A stretch of DNA of 63,522 bases, filler included, from Squatina squatina (taxonomy: Eukaryota), in assembly GCA_031763465.1 (NCBI GenBank). It is 4 parts of 4 records of this genome, joined end to end, with 100 filler letters (N's around TTAATTAATTAA, not from the genome) between each part and the next. Parts side by side here need not be neighbours in the genome. Positions count along the whole stretch, not along the records: positions 1 to 13,788 come from JARFOE010000168.1; 3 more parts are not named here. One strand, given 5' to 3'. How positions within the stretch are numbered: position 1 is the first letter of the stretch; the number at the start of each line of letters is the position of its first letter. Position numbers and translations under genes: made by a program. This document shows, piece by piece, positions 1 through 13,844 of this stretch. The notes under the pieces are model-generated. The model was not told where the DNA came from and made no database searches. It saw only the letters and a program-made list of their open reading frames with translations.

Positions 1-1524
1 CACACACACACACACTTTCAAGAAATTACGAATTCAGATATTTCAACATTGGCTTCCCATACAGATATAAAACAGTGAATCAGCAGCAGAATTTGGATGA
101 ACGTGAAGAAAGGTTGGCTTTTGGCTGACAACTAAGTGGAAACAACAGTGACGTCAGTTTGGAAAATACGCCAAGCATTCATCATAGTTTGTTGAGAACA
201 ACCTTAAGGTCAATCCTTTGTGTCTTTGGAAAATATCAAAGATAATCACTCAAAGGCAAGTTAAATGGAAACTGTCGGAGCTGGAAAATTTCGCAAACGT
301 GTTTTTTTTTTTAGACGTACAATGTTCTGCTTGAAGGTTTTAGTTTGGTCAATGAATGGCAGACAAATGAATCGGGAGAACAAATCTTATTAAAAGCAAT
401 GAAATAATTAACAGCAACATCAAGAAGAAAGGAAAGAGCAGATTTAAAATGATGGAAATAATTATGATGAATAGGAGTGAGGAACAAAGTGACATAATCC
501 ACCTAAAACAGCAATACCTCAGCTACATAGCAAGGAACACACCCGGGAAATGATATTGCCAGCGAGTTGTTGTGACAAGGAAATATAAAAATGTCATTAA
601 AACCAGACCATATAAAATTAAAGTGGAGATACCACTACCAACAAGTAGATACTAAAAGGGAATTGGATAAATACTTGGAGAAAAACATTGCAGGGATATG
701 GGGAAGGGGACTACTCGATTGCTCTTCAAAAGAGCTGGCACAGACTTGATGTGCCTAATAGCCTCCTCCTGTGCTGCACTATTCCAAATTCTTTACAAAG
801 GTAAAAAAAAGTCAGCAGCTCTGCCTATCTTGGCAAGGTAACTGCAGAGGAGATTGAAGAANNNNNNNNNNNNNNNNNNNNNNNNNNNNNNNNNNNNNNN
901 NNNNNNNNNNNNNNNNNNNNNNNNNNNNNNNNNNNNNNNNNNNNNNNNNNNNNNNNNNNNNNNNNNNNNNNNNNNNNNNNNNNNNNNNNNNNNNNNNNNN
1001 NNNNNNNNNNNNNNNNNNNNNNNNNNNNNNNNNNNNNNNNNNNNNNNNNNNNNNNNNNNNNNNNNNNNNNNNNNNNNNNNNNNNNNNNNNNNNNNNNNNN
1101 NNNNNNNNNNNNNNNNNNNNNNNNNNNNNNNNNNNNNNNNNNNNNNNNNNNNNNNNNNNNNNNNNNNNNNNNNNNNNNNNNNNNNNNNNNNNNNNNNNNN
1201 NNNNNNNNNNNNNNNNNNNNNNNNNNNNNNNNNNNNNNNNNNNNNNNNNNNNNNNNNNNNNNNNNNNNNNNNNNNNNNNNNNNNNNNNNNNNNNNNNNNN
1301 NNNNNNNNNNNNNNNNNNNNNNNNNNNNNNNNNNNNNNNNNNNNNNNNNNNNNNNNNNNNNNNNNNNNNNNNNNNNNNNNNNNNNNNNNNNNNNNNNNNN
1401 NNNNNNNNNNNNNNNNNNNNNNNNNNNNNNNNNNNNNNNNNNNNNNNNNNNNNNNNNNNNNNNNNNNNNNNNNNNNNNNNNNNNNTGACTTCAGTGAGCA
1501 GTGTGACTTGTACGGGCCAGCTCT

Positions 1525-1940
1525 AACCACAACAACTTGCATTTATATAGCACCTTTAACTTGGTAAAACATTCCAAGGCACTTCACTGGAACATTATCA
1601 TTTGATAACAATGTTTAATGCCGAGCCACATAAGGAGATATTAGGACAGGTTGCTGCACAAAGGTATGTTATAAGGAGCATCTTAAAGGAGGAGAGGGAG
1701 GTAGAGAGGCGGAGAAAGAAATCCAGGGCTTCGGGCCTAGGGAGAGGAAGGCACGGCTGCCAATGATGGAGCGTTGAAAATCGCAGATGGCCAAGAGGCC
1801 AGAATTGGAGGAGAGGTTTGCAGAGATCTCGGAGAGTTGTAGGGTTGGAGAAGGTTACAGAAATAGGGAGGGATTTGAAAATAAGGTTCAGAATTAAAAA
1901 ATTTGAAAAATAGGATGTGAATTTTAAATTTGAACACCAG
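1525..1940 (-). mobile_element. L2-type LINE 3' end
   Basis: Tail acaacaacttgcatttatatagcacc; homologous copies at 3841-4032 and 30283-30730. Confidence 0.75.
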
Positions 1941-3840
1941 TAATGTATTCTCACACCCGGCAGCTTCAAAGTGAGTAGATTTAACCTGTAATTTATTCAG
2001 TAGTCTTTACCTTATATGCACCATACTGTATTGCCTATAAATGAGATTCATTTACATTTTACAGCACAGCTAATGTCTAGACTCCTTTGGAAACTATGTA
2101 GGGAGACCATATGCTATCGCATTTCCAAATTGTGGACCCACAGTATGTGGAAATGCACAAAGAAAACCTGTGACTGGCTTTCAAGCTTCTAATTTCCTCT
2201 TTGTGTTTGTACAGTAAATCTATCCGCTCAACACAAAGACAGGAATGTGAGAGTTATTAAACTACACTTGAAAATCTTCTCCTTACTGAATGCCACCCTA
2301 CCTTACTGGGACTCTTGTCTGTTGTTGTTGAAAGATCCTTTGTTGTATTTTGTTGTTTCAGAGGATGGTGTCCCATAGTCAAGCTGAACCATCAATCTAT
2401 TCATTGTTTGGGGACCTGTTTGTTTTCGCTCTAATCTAGCATGTTTGACTGCACATAGCCCAGATTTATAAGGATTACTGTGGTGGAGTTGGGCAATTCA
2501 AGGAGATGGAAGTAAGCAGTCTTCAATAAAAAATGAGAAGAGATGTAAATCGGGCTGCCAATTCGCTATCACCCGTTTTACACTATCGCATAAAAAGAAC
2601 CAGTGGGCAACATGAGGAAACACTTTTTTATGCAATGAGTGGTATTTCTCCTGCAAAGTTAGAATCCCACTCAGATTCTAGACCCAGGCATACATTTGCA
2701 GTAAATAGATCTCCAGTGACTATCCGAAGATCACCCCCAACAAACAGAGGGCGCAAAATTCTTGAACTGTGTCCAGGAGAACTTTTTAAGCCCGTACGTG
2801 NNNNNNNNNNNNNNNNNNNNNNNNNNNNNNNNNNNNNNNNNNNNNNNNNNNNNNNNNNNNNNNNNNNNNNNNNNNNNNNNNNNNNNNNNNNNNNNNNNNN
2901 TACAACATCTAAACATACACACACGCAGACTCAGAATTCATAGCCGCCCATCACAACTTTATGGATTTTTATGAAAGGCAGCAACAATGGATAGCGGAAG
3001 ACAGAAAATGAATGATAAGAAAATGGGCAAGCTAAAGAAACAGGCAGCAAAGGGAAATAAAAGGAGAGAACTCTCCCATAGAGACAGAGAGAGATAATTG
3101 TGAGGTGGTGAAAGGGAAAATCCCCTATGTGATTTATTGGTTATATGCAATTGGATGTAAACCACGTTGTAATATATGTAGACGTATTCTATCTTTGTTA
3201 AACAGAGAATTATTTTTCAGGATCGCTTTTGGTCCCCATGGTTATTTGTCTTAAAACATCAATGAGATATTCTCCACTGTGCCAATCTGTACTGGCTCCA
3301 GAGAATGANNNNNNNNNNGTCTGCAGCTGGTGTCTGCACCATAAGGGACCGTCTGTATTTTCAATATCAAAAGCAGCCGACGTGTATGGTTATGCGTGCC
3401 CTATATTGCTCATCTTTGCTGACTTGTTGCTTGCATTCAGAGGCTTTATGAGTACTGATGCAATGGCCACACAAAGACTTATATCGAGAGGAAATTCAGG
3501 AGTGCTGTTGGGATACCAAAAGAAAACCCAAGGGGCTTAGGAAAGAAACTGGGGGATTGGTTGTGAGTTCAGCATTCTGCCAGCACCCAAGGTATATTTA
3601 ACCCTGATTAGCACTGGAGGCGATTCGATGTGATTTTAATATTTGATGAGCTATCACAATGTCATCATTACTTCACTGTAATTATCAGAACAGCTGCTCT
3701 CACTTAGCCTTTGAACTCTCCCATGTGATTAAAACCAGAACTACACATCAATTACAATATGGAATCAGTAGGTCATGGAACAATCTGAATTAATGGCAAC
3801 GCGTAGTAACTGGGGTCTAGTCCCTAATAGTGAACTCATT

Positions 3841-4032
3841 ACAACAACAACAACAACAACAACAATTTGTATTTCTATAGCACCTTTAACGTAGTCAAAT
3901 GTCCCAAGGCGCTTCACAGGAGTATTATAAGATAAAAAATTTAACACCGAGCCACATAAGGAGAAATTAGGGCAGGTGACCAAAGGTTTGGTCAAAGAGG
4001 GAGGTTTAAGGAGCGTCTTAAAGGAGGACAGA
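3841..4032 (-). mobile_element. L2-type LINE 3' end with (AAC)n tail
   Basis: (aac)n run followed by sequence homologous to 1525-1700. Confidence 0.75.
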
Positions 4033-4329
4033 NNNNNNNNNNNNNNNNNNNNNNNNNNNNNNNNNNNNNNNNNNNNNNNNNNNNNNNNNNNNNNNNNNNN
4101 NNNNNNNNNNNNNNNNNNNNNNNNNNNNNNNNGCAGAGATGTTCTTTTACATTTAAAAAAATGTAATAGTTTTTAAATCTTCACAAAATAGTGCGAAGCT
4201 GTGTCACAATTAAAGAGCATCTTACATTCCCAGGAAAATATTTTTGTGGAAGTGTGATATTATTAGAACAAATGTACCATTATGCCGGAGATTATGGAAA
4301 GAAAATGGGCTTTTAAGAGAAAGGTGGCC

Positions 4330-4497
4330 TCAGACAAAATATTCTAATTCGGCCCACTGTCCAGACCCATTAGTTTGCCCAGAAATGATTTGGAATCTAT
4401 CTTGCAGCATTCCACCCCGGAATGGTCTGAAAGGAGCACCTGCCAAAATGTGTAAGCTTTGATTTATCTCGCTGTTTGGAGCCTCTGAATTTGGAAC
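4330..4497 (-). CDS. Candidate terminal coding exon ending -WAELEYFV*
   Basis: Acceptor ttgcctttttgaacag|GTT, phase 0. Encodes VPNSEAPNSEINQSLHILAGAPFRPFRGGMLQDRFQIISGQTNGSGQWAELEYFV then TGA at 4330-4332. Confidence 0.55.
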   Translation of the reverse strand, partial: VPNSEAPNSEINQSLHILAGAPFRPFRGGMLQDRFQIISGQTNGSGQWAELEYFV

Positions 4498-6679
4498 CTG
4501 TTCAAAAAGGCAATACTCAATTACTTGAGCTCCTGCCATCAGCATTCCCAATTGAATGCAGATTCCACGCGTCAGCTCATAAGGAAGGCACCGATGTTGA
4601 CTACCCAACAGTCGAGTGGCAAGATGCCAAGGCACCTGCAGTGAGTGCCATTAGCAACCTGGGGCTGAAGCTGGATTATCTCTATTGGTTTTAGTGTCAA
4701 AATGAGTGAACGCTTTCAGCGAAAAGACCAACACAAATTGGCTAAGAAAACACAAGACACCAGCTAGCAATAGTGAGCATTGATAACTGTAGAAGTGCCT
4801 TTTTAATACTAAATCTTGTGCTATGCATAACTACAAGTCTAGTTTTTCTGATCTGGCTTTAAATACTTGTGATAACCTCCTCAAATTAAAATGTTAAAAT
4901 AATGCCAAATCTAGGCGTTAGTGTCTTCAGAAACTTGGCAACTAAGATTGGCGGTCAATAGAAGGGGCTAGCACATCAACATGGGCTATGTTTACATCAG
5001 TTTACACATTTTGTACTTTCAAAGCTGTAGGAAGGGAAGAACGTACAGAAATATTATGAGTTTGAAAATACACCCTACGAAATATGTTGAGAGAGATGGC
5101 TATTCAAATACTAGTCAAAATACCACAGGTATGGATAAATTGATAAACAAATCTGGAGGCTTAAGGGGCATTTATACTGCAACTACTGGTCTGAGATGGG
5201 TAGGTGCTAGAAGAGTTGTAGTCAGGCAGTAACCTACATCAGATTATTGTCTGTCTGAGATGTCAGTCTTACTTGACAGGACAGCCATATGCAGGTGTGC
5301 TTAGGCACGTGCAGAGCTCCTCTTTCAGCAGTCACAGATTGTGTTTGGCATCTTCTGCATTCTGTAAACATTTAAACCATCTCCAAAGTATGTTTGCAAA
5401 AGAGCCGACAACATCCAAGGCACCCCCTGGACGGTTAGTCAACAATATACTGGAGCTGCAGTACATGCAGTGTTAAAATGCTGCGACGCGAGACTCTGTT
5501 CTTGGGAGCTTCGCCTTGCTTCTCTCTGAATTCGGAGCTGCTGGTTTGGCTGTTGTGCGCCTGAAGAACAGGAGCGCAGCATGCAGGCACGTGTTGCGGG
5601 CAGTTAGGAACCAAAATATCACAAAGTCCTGAAACAGCCGTTGGGCCCCTGATTTGCATCAGCAATGGGTCTAATGCCAGTTTCATGACTACTGGGTGCC
5701 CTGACCAAAGTGGCATTTGCAGATTCCAAAACACAGGCACCGTGCTGTCGAATTTCTAGGCCTCTTGTAGTCATTTCCAATACACATATAAAATACAGAA
5801 TCAAATACAACATTGCATCATGTAACAGAAACCTCATTTGCATTCTAGTTAGAGGTTTCAACATCAAGCAAATAAACCACTGCTTATTTGGCTCATGCAC
5901 AACGAACAGTTCAGATGAAAACAATTGCAATGTGGCTGTATAAAGCACCTAACTCTGCATCATTACTACTTAAACTACAGAAGTTGATCAAAAATAAGCA
6001 GTACATCATAAAATACACCACAGCAAATGATTACTGACATGAAACAAAGCTTATTTTTTTGAAGCAGTGTTGTAAGTTAGAACGCCAACAGCAAAGAAGC
6101 AATTCATGTCAAATATTTTGTGGCCCTATTAAGTTTTCAGAACTTCTCATCTTTTTCAACTTTGAAAGGATTATTCAATCAATTAACTAAGATGTGAAGT
6201 GGAAATATAACAGAATTCAAGTTTGGTTAGAGTTTAAAGATAAATTAATTATTGAATGAAAGGAAGAGCAGCAACATCAAAACAAATCTGATACCCACAA
6301 TTAATAAACCACATTTGGGAGTCGATAATGCACCCTGTGACACCCGATTACTGTAGTGCTTTGGACTCCCCTATTATCAGGGCACTGGGAGCCTATGCAC
6401 AAAACGTGATCAAGGCTTATTAAGGCCCCAAATAAAATGAAAGTTAAAACATCGCCCCATAATACATCTCGAGCGCCTGAACTGCACTCCATCAGCTAAG
6501 CATCCATTTTCAACAGACACTTCAGGGGAAGCCTGCTTCAATAATTCAAAATTTTGGTCCAATGTGGTCCTCTCCTGTTATAGGGTCACTTTTACTTTGC
6601 TGCCCTTCTTTCAGAAGGCCTGCAATATAGCTACTTCTTGAAATAGATCCTGATCTTAGCCAACATCTACATACATGTG

Positions 6680-8240
6680 CACTTTCCGACCCTTGTCCAC
6701 GCTTTTGTCACCTCTAGATTTGATTTTTCCATTACCCTCCCTGCATCCAACTTGTCCAATACTCCTCCACCTGTATCCTATCCTCATCTTTAAATACTCC
6801 CACAGCCTCAACCCACCTCAACTCTACAACCTCCTCTGACCTTACATTGGTCCTCTTACCTTGCCTTTGGTGGAGGAACTTTAAGTTGCCTCAGCCCTAC
6901 TCTGTGCACCTCCCTCTTTAAACTACTCCACCTCTCCGCCTTTAAAAACCTTAAAACCCATTTACCCAACCAAGCTTCCGGCCACCCCTTCTAATTTGTC
7001 CCTCCAAGGCTCAGACTCAGTATTTTGCTAAGTATTTTGCTACTTATCTTTGCTCTATCCACCCCCACCCTCCGTCAGGTGAAGCATCTTGGAATACTTT
7101 CAACGTTAAAGGCACTATATAAATGTAAATTGTTGTTTCCTCACAACAGTCCCTCTCACTAGCTCCCTCCATTTCAAAACTATTATCACCCCCTTTCTCA
7201 AAAACCTTACTTCCAGCCCTTTATCTTTGCTAACTATGGTCCCATCTCCAACCTTCCTTTTCTGTTCAAGATCCTTGAAGGTACTGTCACCTCCCAGATC
7301 CAAGCCATCTCTCCAGCAATGCCCTCCCACTGCACTGAAACAGCCTTAAGCACAAAGTCACAAATGGCAAGCCCTATGATTGTGACCATCGTGCATTATC
7401 ACTCCTCATCCTCCTCGACCTTTCTGCAACCTTTCACATGGTCAATCACATCATCCTCTTCCAATGCCTCTCCTCCATTGTCCAGCTCCATGGGAATACC
7501 CTTACTTAGATCCGATTATATAGCAGAGCATTTCTACTTCCACATCACTGTCACTCCAGAGTCCTCCAATGACTGATCCTTGGCACCCTCCTCTTCCTCA
7601 TTTGCATGCTAGCCGTTGGCAACAGGATCCTCAAACATCCACTTGTATGCTGATGACTCCCAGCTCTACTCCTTTACTGTCTCCATGGCATAAGATTATT
7701 TATCCAACATCCAGTCTCATGTGAGCTGTAGTTTCTTCCAGCTAACTTTGGGAAGATTAAAGCTATTGCCCTTGACCCCTAGCACAAACTCTGTACTCTC
7801 ACCACTGACTCCATTTCCCTCCTGGCCACTAACACAGGCTAACTCAAGCTGTTGGCAACATTGGGTTCCTGTTCAACCCTGAGCTGAGTTTTCAATATGT
7901 TATCCATTACAAAGATTGCCTACTTCCACCTTCGTAACATAATTTGCCTTCACCCCTATCTCAGCCAAAATGCCACTGAAATCCTCATTCTTGTCATCTC
8001 CAGAAACAATTACTCCAATATACTCCTGGACATCCTTCCATCTTCCATCCTCTATAAATTGCAGCTCATCCAAAATTCTGCTGTCCATATTCTATCCTGA
8101 ACCATTCCACTCGCTCATCACCCTTGTCTCATTGACCTACACTGGCTCTCAGTCCCTCAGCTCCTCAGATTTAAAATTCTCAACCTTTTGATTTAATACC
8201 TGCATGACTACCCTTATCTCTGTAACCTCCTCTAGTGCTT
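6680..8240 (+). mobile_element. Degenerate L2-clade LINE fragments (3' tail plus RT region)
   Basis: Contains LYADDSQLY (ttgtatgctgatgactcccagctctac), HCTETAL and IAYFHLRNI motifs with many stops. Tail ggcactatataaatgtaaattgttgt near 7110-7137. Confidence 0.8.
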
Positions 8241-8505
8241 CAACCAGTGCACTCATACGAGGAGTCGGTCCATGCAGAGGTTAAGGTACGAGAGAAGGAA
8301 GAAGATCTCAGTGAGAAAGTTGGTGTGGAGCTTCGATGGTCGTAGACAATGTTGATTTTAAGTGAGTGGAGGGATGTGCTGGAAGAGGAAGACGTGCAAA
8401 CAAAAAACCCTGTAGAATTTCAGAGGCAACATGTCTTCATTTTGTGACACTAATAATATGCATAACTGTCTCCCAACACAGGTTGCGATATTTTAACAGA
8501 CATAC

Positions 8506-8577
8506 CTCTCCTTCCACATTAACTGCAGCTGACACCTCTGACTCATGTTCCGCCATAACTGTCTTATAGGTTGAATT
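8506..8577 (-). CDS. Internal coding exon of unknown product
   Basis: Strong acceptor tttttttgtctttctgtag|AAT, donor GAG|gtatgt; 72 nt, phase 0-0, NSTYKTVMAEHESEVSAAVNVEGE. Confidence 0.65.
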
Positions 8578-9399
8578 CTACAGAAAGACAAAAAAAAACT
8601 TAAACATTAAACAGGAAGTGAAATACAATCTTTTGGATCAGAATAAAACATCCCAGAAAGAAGCAAAACTAGTCGACCTCGTTTATTAGAGCCAAGAATT
8701 ACTTTCCATCCTCTAAAACAATGGCAGGATCTTGTTTCTAGTATTGGCCGCTCCAGATAAATCAGACTAGAATCTTCATTCTCTAAAAAGTTTTGTCCGA
8801 TTAAATATCACATATGCTGAGCAAGTCCAAATCTGAATCTTGTCCTAGGGACAACCTTTAATGAAGTTCAGATTAAGCTTCAACTTCCAATGTAATTGGG
8901 ATAATCTGAAACTGAATTCAAATCCAAACAAGATTTTCTTTACTGGTTTGGCTCTCTTTCGGTTGTATCATCAGCAGCCTTTGATCCAAAGCCCCATCTC
9001 TGAGATAAAGATAACACTCCTGGAGCTTTTGTGATATACCTTCCATAAGTCAGGTGTCTGTCCTGCCGGTGTGGAATGTCAAACTTTTAGGCCTTTTAGG
9101 CCAGACTGAAGTGCAAGAGCTCCATTGTAATACTGAAATTCAGACAAATAGATGTAAATATGGGTTAGCATGATTTCCCATCCCAGATTTGTGCTGTGCA
9201 ATCTCCTCATCCTTCCGAGTGACTGTAAAGGGAAGCTCGATTTGCGATGAAGCTCTTAATAATGTAGGTGCATTTTGTCTTTGTATTTTAACATTTTCAG
9301 TGCCTTGTTAGTACTGTTTTTTGATATTTTTTGCCTTGCTTGCCCTCAGTAAGCTTTATTTGCTCATCATGAGTAACTATTGTGGCCAGTTTCATTTGG

Positions 9400-10010
9400 A
9401 TGGAACAACAGTCTGAAGTAGAGGTGTAGCAGTCGGGCTATTAGAAGACAGCAGGGAAGGTAGACTGCTCACAGGAAACCACACCCAGCACACAGCTGTA
9501 CAGGCCAAGAGTCATTTTCTTGGATCTATATGAAGAGCAGTACAGCAGAAGGCTGTCGCCGACCTCTGCAGATGCCTGCAACCCGACCTGCTGCTTGCTG
9601 GACTGGGGGGCATGCTTTACCAATGGCTATCAAAGTCACCACTGCCCTTAGCTTCTTTGCCACTGTCTCCTTCCAGTCTGCTACAGGGCACATCTCGCAT
9701 TTCTCCCAGTTTGCATTAATCAGGTCACCATTGCCCTGTTTACCAGTGATAACTAGTACATCACTGTCCACATTTATCTCAATAGCCAACACAAGAGAGA
9801 TTGGGGATTTGCAGCAGTGGCTAACTTCTTTTGCATCAGGGCGTCATTGACCACACAAGTGTCGCCAGAATACCAGCCAGCAGCATTCATGAACAGGAAG
9901 GGCTACCACTCCATTAATATCCAGCTAGTCTCCAATGACAGAAACAGGATTATGCAAGTTTGTGCAAGGTACCCAGATAGCTGGCATGATGCTTTATCTT
10001 GCAACACTTA
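9400..10010 (+). mobile_element. Degenerate PIF/Harbinger transposase (HARBI1-like, DDE_Tnp_4) fragment
   Basis: Frame-broken peptides HALPMAIKVTTALSFFATVSFQSATG and FMNRKGYHSINIQLVSND...IMQVCARYPDSWHDA match typical Harbinger transposase motifs. Confidence 0.85.
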
Positions 10011-11299
10011 ACCATTCCACCCCCGCCACCTCAATATTTAACCCTTCCTCTTCTCCTTCTTAGACAATCCCTCGAGGTCGAGGATGACTTGCTTCCACTC
10101 TGGAGTTATGGGTTCTGAGAGGACTGAACAGTCCTATCCGGGATCCACCAGCTCTACCATAGGTGGAGCAGGTGGTATTTGATTGGGCGAGAGGATGCGA
10201 TGCGCGNNNNNNNNNNNNNNNNNNNNNNNNNNNNNNNNNNNNNNNNNNNNNNNNNNNNNNNNNNNNNNNNNNNNNNNNNNNNNNNNNNNNNNNNNNNNNN
10301 NNNNNNTAGACTCATTGATGGAGATTGTTGCCATGATTTTAGTCAGCAACTCCATTATCGTTGTATCATGCGACTGCCAGGATGGTAGAAGGTGAACTAG
10401 ATGGACCTTAGTCTTTGTTTGCCCAGCAAATCTATGTTCCAAATACCAGCAGAGCGCTCACATGCCACATACAGGTTCATGTCCTGCACTGAACGGTTGT
10501 ACAATGGTCCATTGAGGCGTCAGACTGTTCATCACCTGCAAAATGCCTGGTGATTTCTTTAGTTGCCTGTCCTAGCTTTGGTGGATGCAGCCAAAAGTTC
10601 ATCATTAATTGCTAAAAAGCATATCAGGCAAATATATGAATGAAGCACCAGAGATTCAGTAAAGAGATGCATCAACTCTTCCTGCCTCCCCCAATGGCTG
10701 GGTGGAGGTTAATGCACCTCCATGGTTTCCTTCTCTCTTTTCTCCTTCCCCTCGTTCTCTCTTGGCCACTCAGTTCTCAGTCTCCTTTTCTGGATTGCGC
10801 AATCTCAACTACAATTTGAGAACTGTTAAAAGGGCCTTGATCACATCAGAAATTCACATTTCAAAATGTGTTAACATTTCCGATTGATTCGCATTCCTGC
10901 AATGTCACTCCGTGGAAAAAAACAAAATATTCAATTAAGATGATGTGACCGCCACAATATTAAGCCTTTTTTTTTGGACTGGCCATACAGTCAGCTACTT
11001 ACAACGTGGTTCTGAACTTGATCTCATCTTTCTCGACCACCTGATCACACGACAGCCCAGCATGGTCCTTCCACAACACCTGACACTTCCTGCAGCTTTC
11101 CTGGAAAGAGCAGAAGAAGCGATTAATGAGACACAATAAATTGCATTCACCCGTGTAGGAAACAGTAATTGATATCATGTGCTTCATATAAGTATACGTC
11201 CTGTTATAGTTTGAATGCTGCCATTCTGGGAGTTAGTTTTCTTTTTTTCCCAGGGGTGGGGGAAATCTCTGGAGACTAAGGGGGAGAAGTTCAGCTGGG

Positions 11300-11963
11300 T
11301 TTTTACCCTGTTAGCACCTTTGGAAGGATGCTAACGAGATGAAAAAACGCAAAATGACACCAGGAGGTGGCCATCTCGCCACCTGAGGAATTTACCTGGG
11401 GCACAAAAACCTTTATGCCTGGATCAGCGAATTTCACAGCGGGTTGATGCATGATGTCATGAATACGCGCGCCGACCTGTACCGTGACCACCTTTGCGTC
11501 CCAGGGGCGGAATTCACATGCGGGACGTGACACCAGTCGGTTTGCAACAGGCCTCTTAAAGGGGAGGGCCTGAGCACTGATGGTAGCTGCCATCTTTATT
11601 TGTCGGCTGACTGATGGCATCCCACGGCCGGATCGGACTGACTGGAGTGCCAAGCTGGTGGCCCGGTCGTTGGCGACCCTGGTGGCCCAGAGGCAGGCTG
11701 CAGGGGCGCCGTAAGGATGGCCGGTGGCCCTCCCTTTATGGGTGGCCGAGTACGCGCATGATGCCAGCGACATGATGTCATGCGTTCGGCCGGCCTCCCT
11801 CAAAGGGGAGAGCTGCTGGCCATCCTGACGGCATCCCCGCAGTCTGCCACTGGGCCACCAGGGACAGCATGCCAGGCGAGGGGATGCAAACTGGCTGCAA
11901 AGGAGGTTACGGCTGCGCGGAGAGGTTTGGCACACACTTTAATGACATTGCGCACCGACCCTC
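11300..11963. mobile_element. GC/CpG-rich interspersed repeat, probably a non-autonomous DNA transposon
   Basis: Shares cttaaagggg...gccat[c/t]tt...tgtcggctgac with 20260-20685; similar GC-rich blocks at 24036-24550 and 47230-47450. Confidence 0.5.
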
Positions 11964-12263
11964 NNNNNNNNNNNNNNNNNNNNNNNNNNNNNNNNNNNNN
12001 NNNNNNNNNNNNNNNNNNNNNNNNNNNNNNNNNNNNNNNNNNNNNNNNNNNNNNNNNNNNNNNCATCAGTTGTCTGACTATCAACTGCTGTGCCGACTGG
12101 AAAGCAAGATAATAACGAGAATTTAATACGCGAGGCGGGAAACCATTTTAATGCCTTATCCTTTTTAACTATGGTATTTAACATCTAACTTTCATTGAGC
12201 TGCCAGACGATCAGAAGCCGGCTGCTGGTGCGTCAGCACTCTTTCCGACATCATATGGATGCT

Positions 12264-12277
12264 GTTTCCATGACAAC
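12264..12277. promoter_or_regulatory. RFX X-box-like motif
   Basis: GTTTCCATGACAAC (reverse GTTGTCATGGAAAC) in a unique CpG-containing intronic patch; a single motif that could be chance. Confidence 0.25.
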
Positions 12278-13537
12278 GTCTCCCAGCTGACTGAACAATT
12301 GCAATTGCGGCATGAAGAGCCAGCGGGGCGCCGCAGGCTTTTTTTTTCTTTAAAGCTCACATGTACAGCTCATTTTAATCCATAACAAAATCGGAATTNN
12401 NNNNNNNNGGGTGGGGGTTGGATAATAGCAGATAATGTACCTAACTGGAATGTTGCACCGCCATCCAATTGCCATTCTAGGCATGCAGAGATGTCAAGAG
12501 GAGCAACTCAGCCGGTCTTATCTAGATCTCAAATGGCACAACACGCAAAAAACACTCCAGCTTTAATCAGTGACAATATGGCCGAATCTGAAATACTCAA
12601 AATGCATATGAAAATGTTAAGACCCTGTACTGAATCGCAAGCTTCATTGTAACCTTTGCTGCAGACCACGTTGTTGGTTCCCTAATCATCTGCAAACCAC
12701 AGGACTGTAAAATTATAACATTTTGTATATATAAAAAACCCCACTAATGTTTGAAAGGACCGTCAACATAGAAGTGGGANNNNNNNNNNTATTGCAAGAA
12801 GTATAGAACGAATCATTTCAGTGCTGTCCAGATGTTTTCTTGTCCTATGGTTCCATTACAACCAAAATTTTACTTTACATGCAATAATCTTTGCAGATCC
12901 ATTTCTTCTAAAGAATTAAAATTGGACGAAAAAAACCCCAAAAAGCTCTCTTTCCCCATTCATGGCTAGCTTGTGATTACTAACTATTCACGGTCAGTAA
13001 CAGTGGCAGCTTCATAGTGGTGATGCCATGCTGTCTGCATACAGGGNNNNNNNNNNNNNNNNNNNNNNNNNNNNNNNNNNNNNNNNNNNNNNNNNNNNNN
13101 NNNNNNNNNNNNNNNNNNNNNNNNNNNNNNNNNNNNNNNNNNNNNNACTTAGCACCATTGTGGTCTGTATGACACAGCACCAAATGGAAGGTGCACAAGA
13201 CTGCAACTGTATGTGGGTTTATGAAAGATGATGCAGTTTAATATGTTTCTCAGCAACACTGTACCGCTGTGAAGAACTTGCGTTTCATTTGGGAGTTTCA
13301 CCACACAAAAACACAAACAGGTGAAGTCTCTCTTCTATCGGAGATGATCACTAGGTTGTCTTCTCCCCATCAGTAACAGTGCAGACCAATGCCTTGTGTC
13401 TGGGCATAAGAAATTGAAGAAAACAAGAACTTGCCCAGAAAACATTTATACCAGATCACTCGAGATAATCTTTCAGGACAGCCATCTGAGCCTTGCAGTC
13501 CCCCAGTTCGCACTCTCCCTCTGAACACGCTATTTAC

Positions 13538-13677
13538 CTCTTCCATCTCTTTCATCTTCTGATGGAAGAACTCCAGTTCTTGTCGTACTAGTGGATGAAG
13601 GCCATCCTGGTCATACGATCTCCAGTGTCGTCTTTTGTTTTCTAGAAAGCGCATCGGTCTCTCTATTTTAAAGGCAC
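13538..13677 (-). CDS. Internal coding exon of unknown product, phase-compatible downstream of the beta-catenin exon
   Basis: Acceptor gcatttttcttag|GT, donor GAG|gtaaat; 140 nt, phase 1-0. Open frame (G)AFKIERPMRFLENKRRHWRSYDQDGLHPLVRQELEFFHQKMKEMEE; non-repetitive sequence. Confidence 0.7.
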
Positions 13678-13832
13678 CTAAGAAAAATGCATTGTACAGT
13701 TAGAATGAGAGACCTCCAACTTCTAGATACACACATTTTTGGAAAATTCCATGTAAAAATGTGGTTTTCACAATTGTATTTTTTTTTTNNNNNNNNNNNN
13801 NNNNNNNNNNNNNNNNNNNNNNNNNNNNNNNN

Positions 13833-13844
13833 TTAATTAATTAA
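13833..13844. other. Assembly spacer TTAATTAATTAA inside N run (also 28421-28432 and 51308-51319)
   Basis: Identical 12-mer with stops in all six frames, centred in ~100-nt N spacers three times. Confidence 0.9.

Noticed and set aside
4476-4640. Plus-strand ORF ending at GCA|gtgagt
   Set aside because: No acceptor and no partner exons on the plus strand; the overlapping minus-strand terminal exon fits better.
5435-5630. CpG-containing minus-strand ORF with two possible acceptors
   Set aside because: The frame is ambiguous and there is no recognisable homology; it could be an alternative last exon but is unsupported.
13833-13844. TTAATTAATTAA palindrome occurring three times
   Set aside because: Always embedded in N runs; an assembly spacer, not biology.
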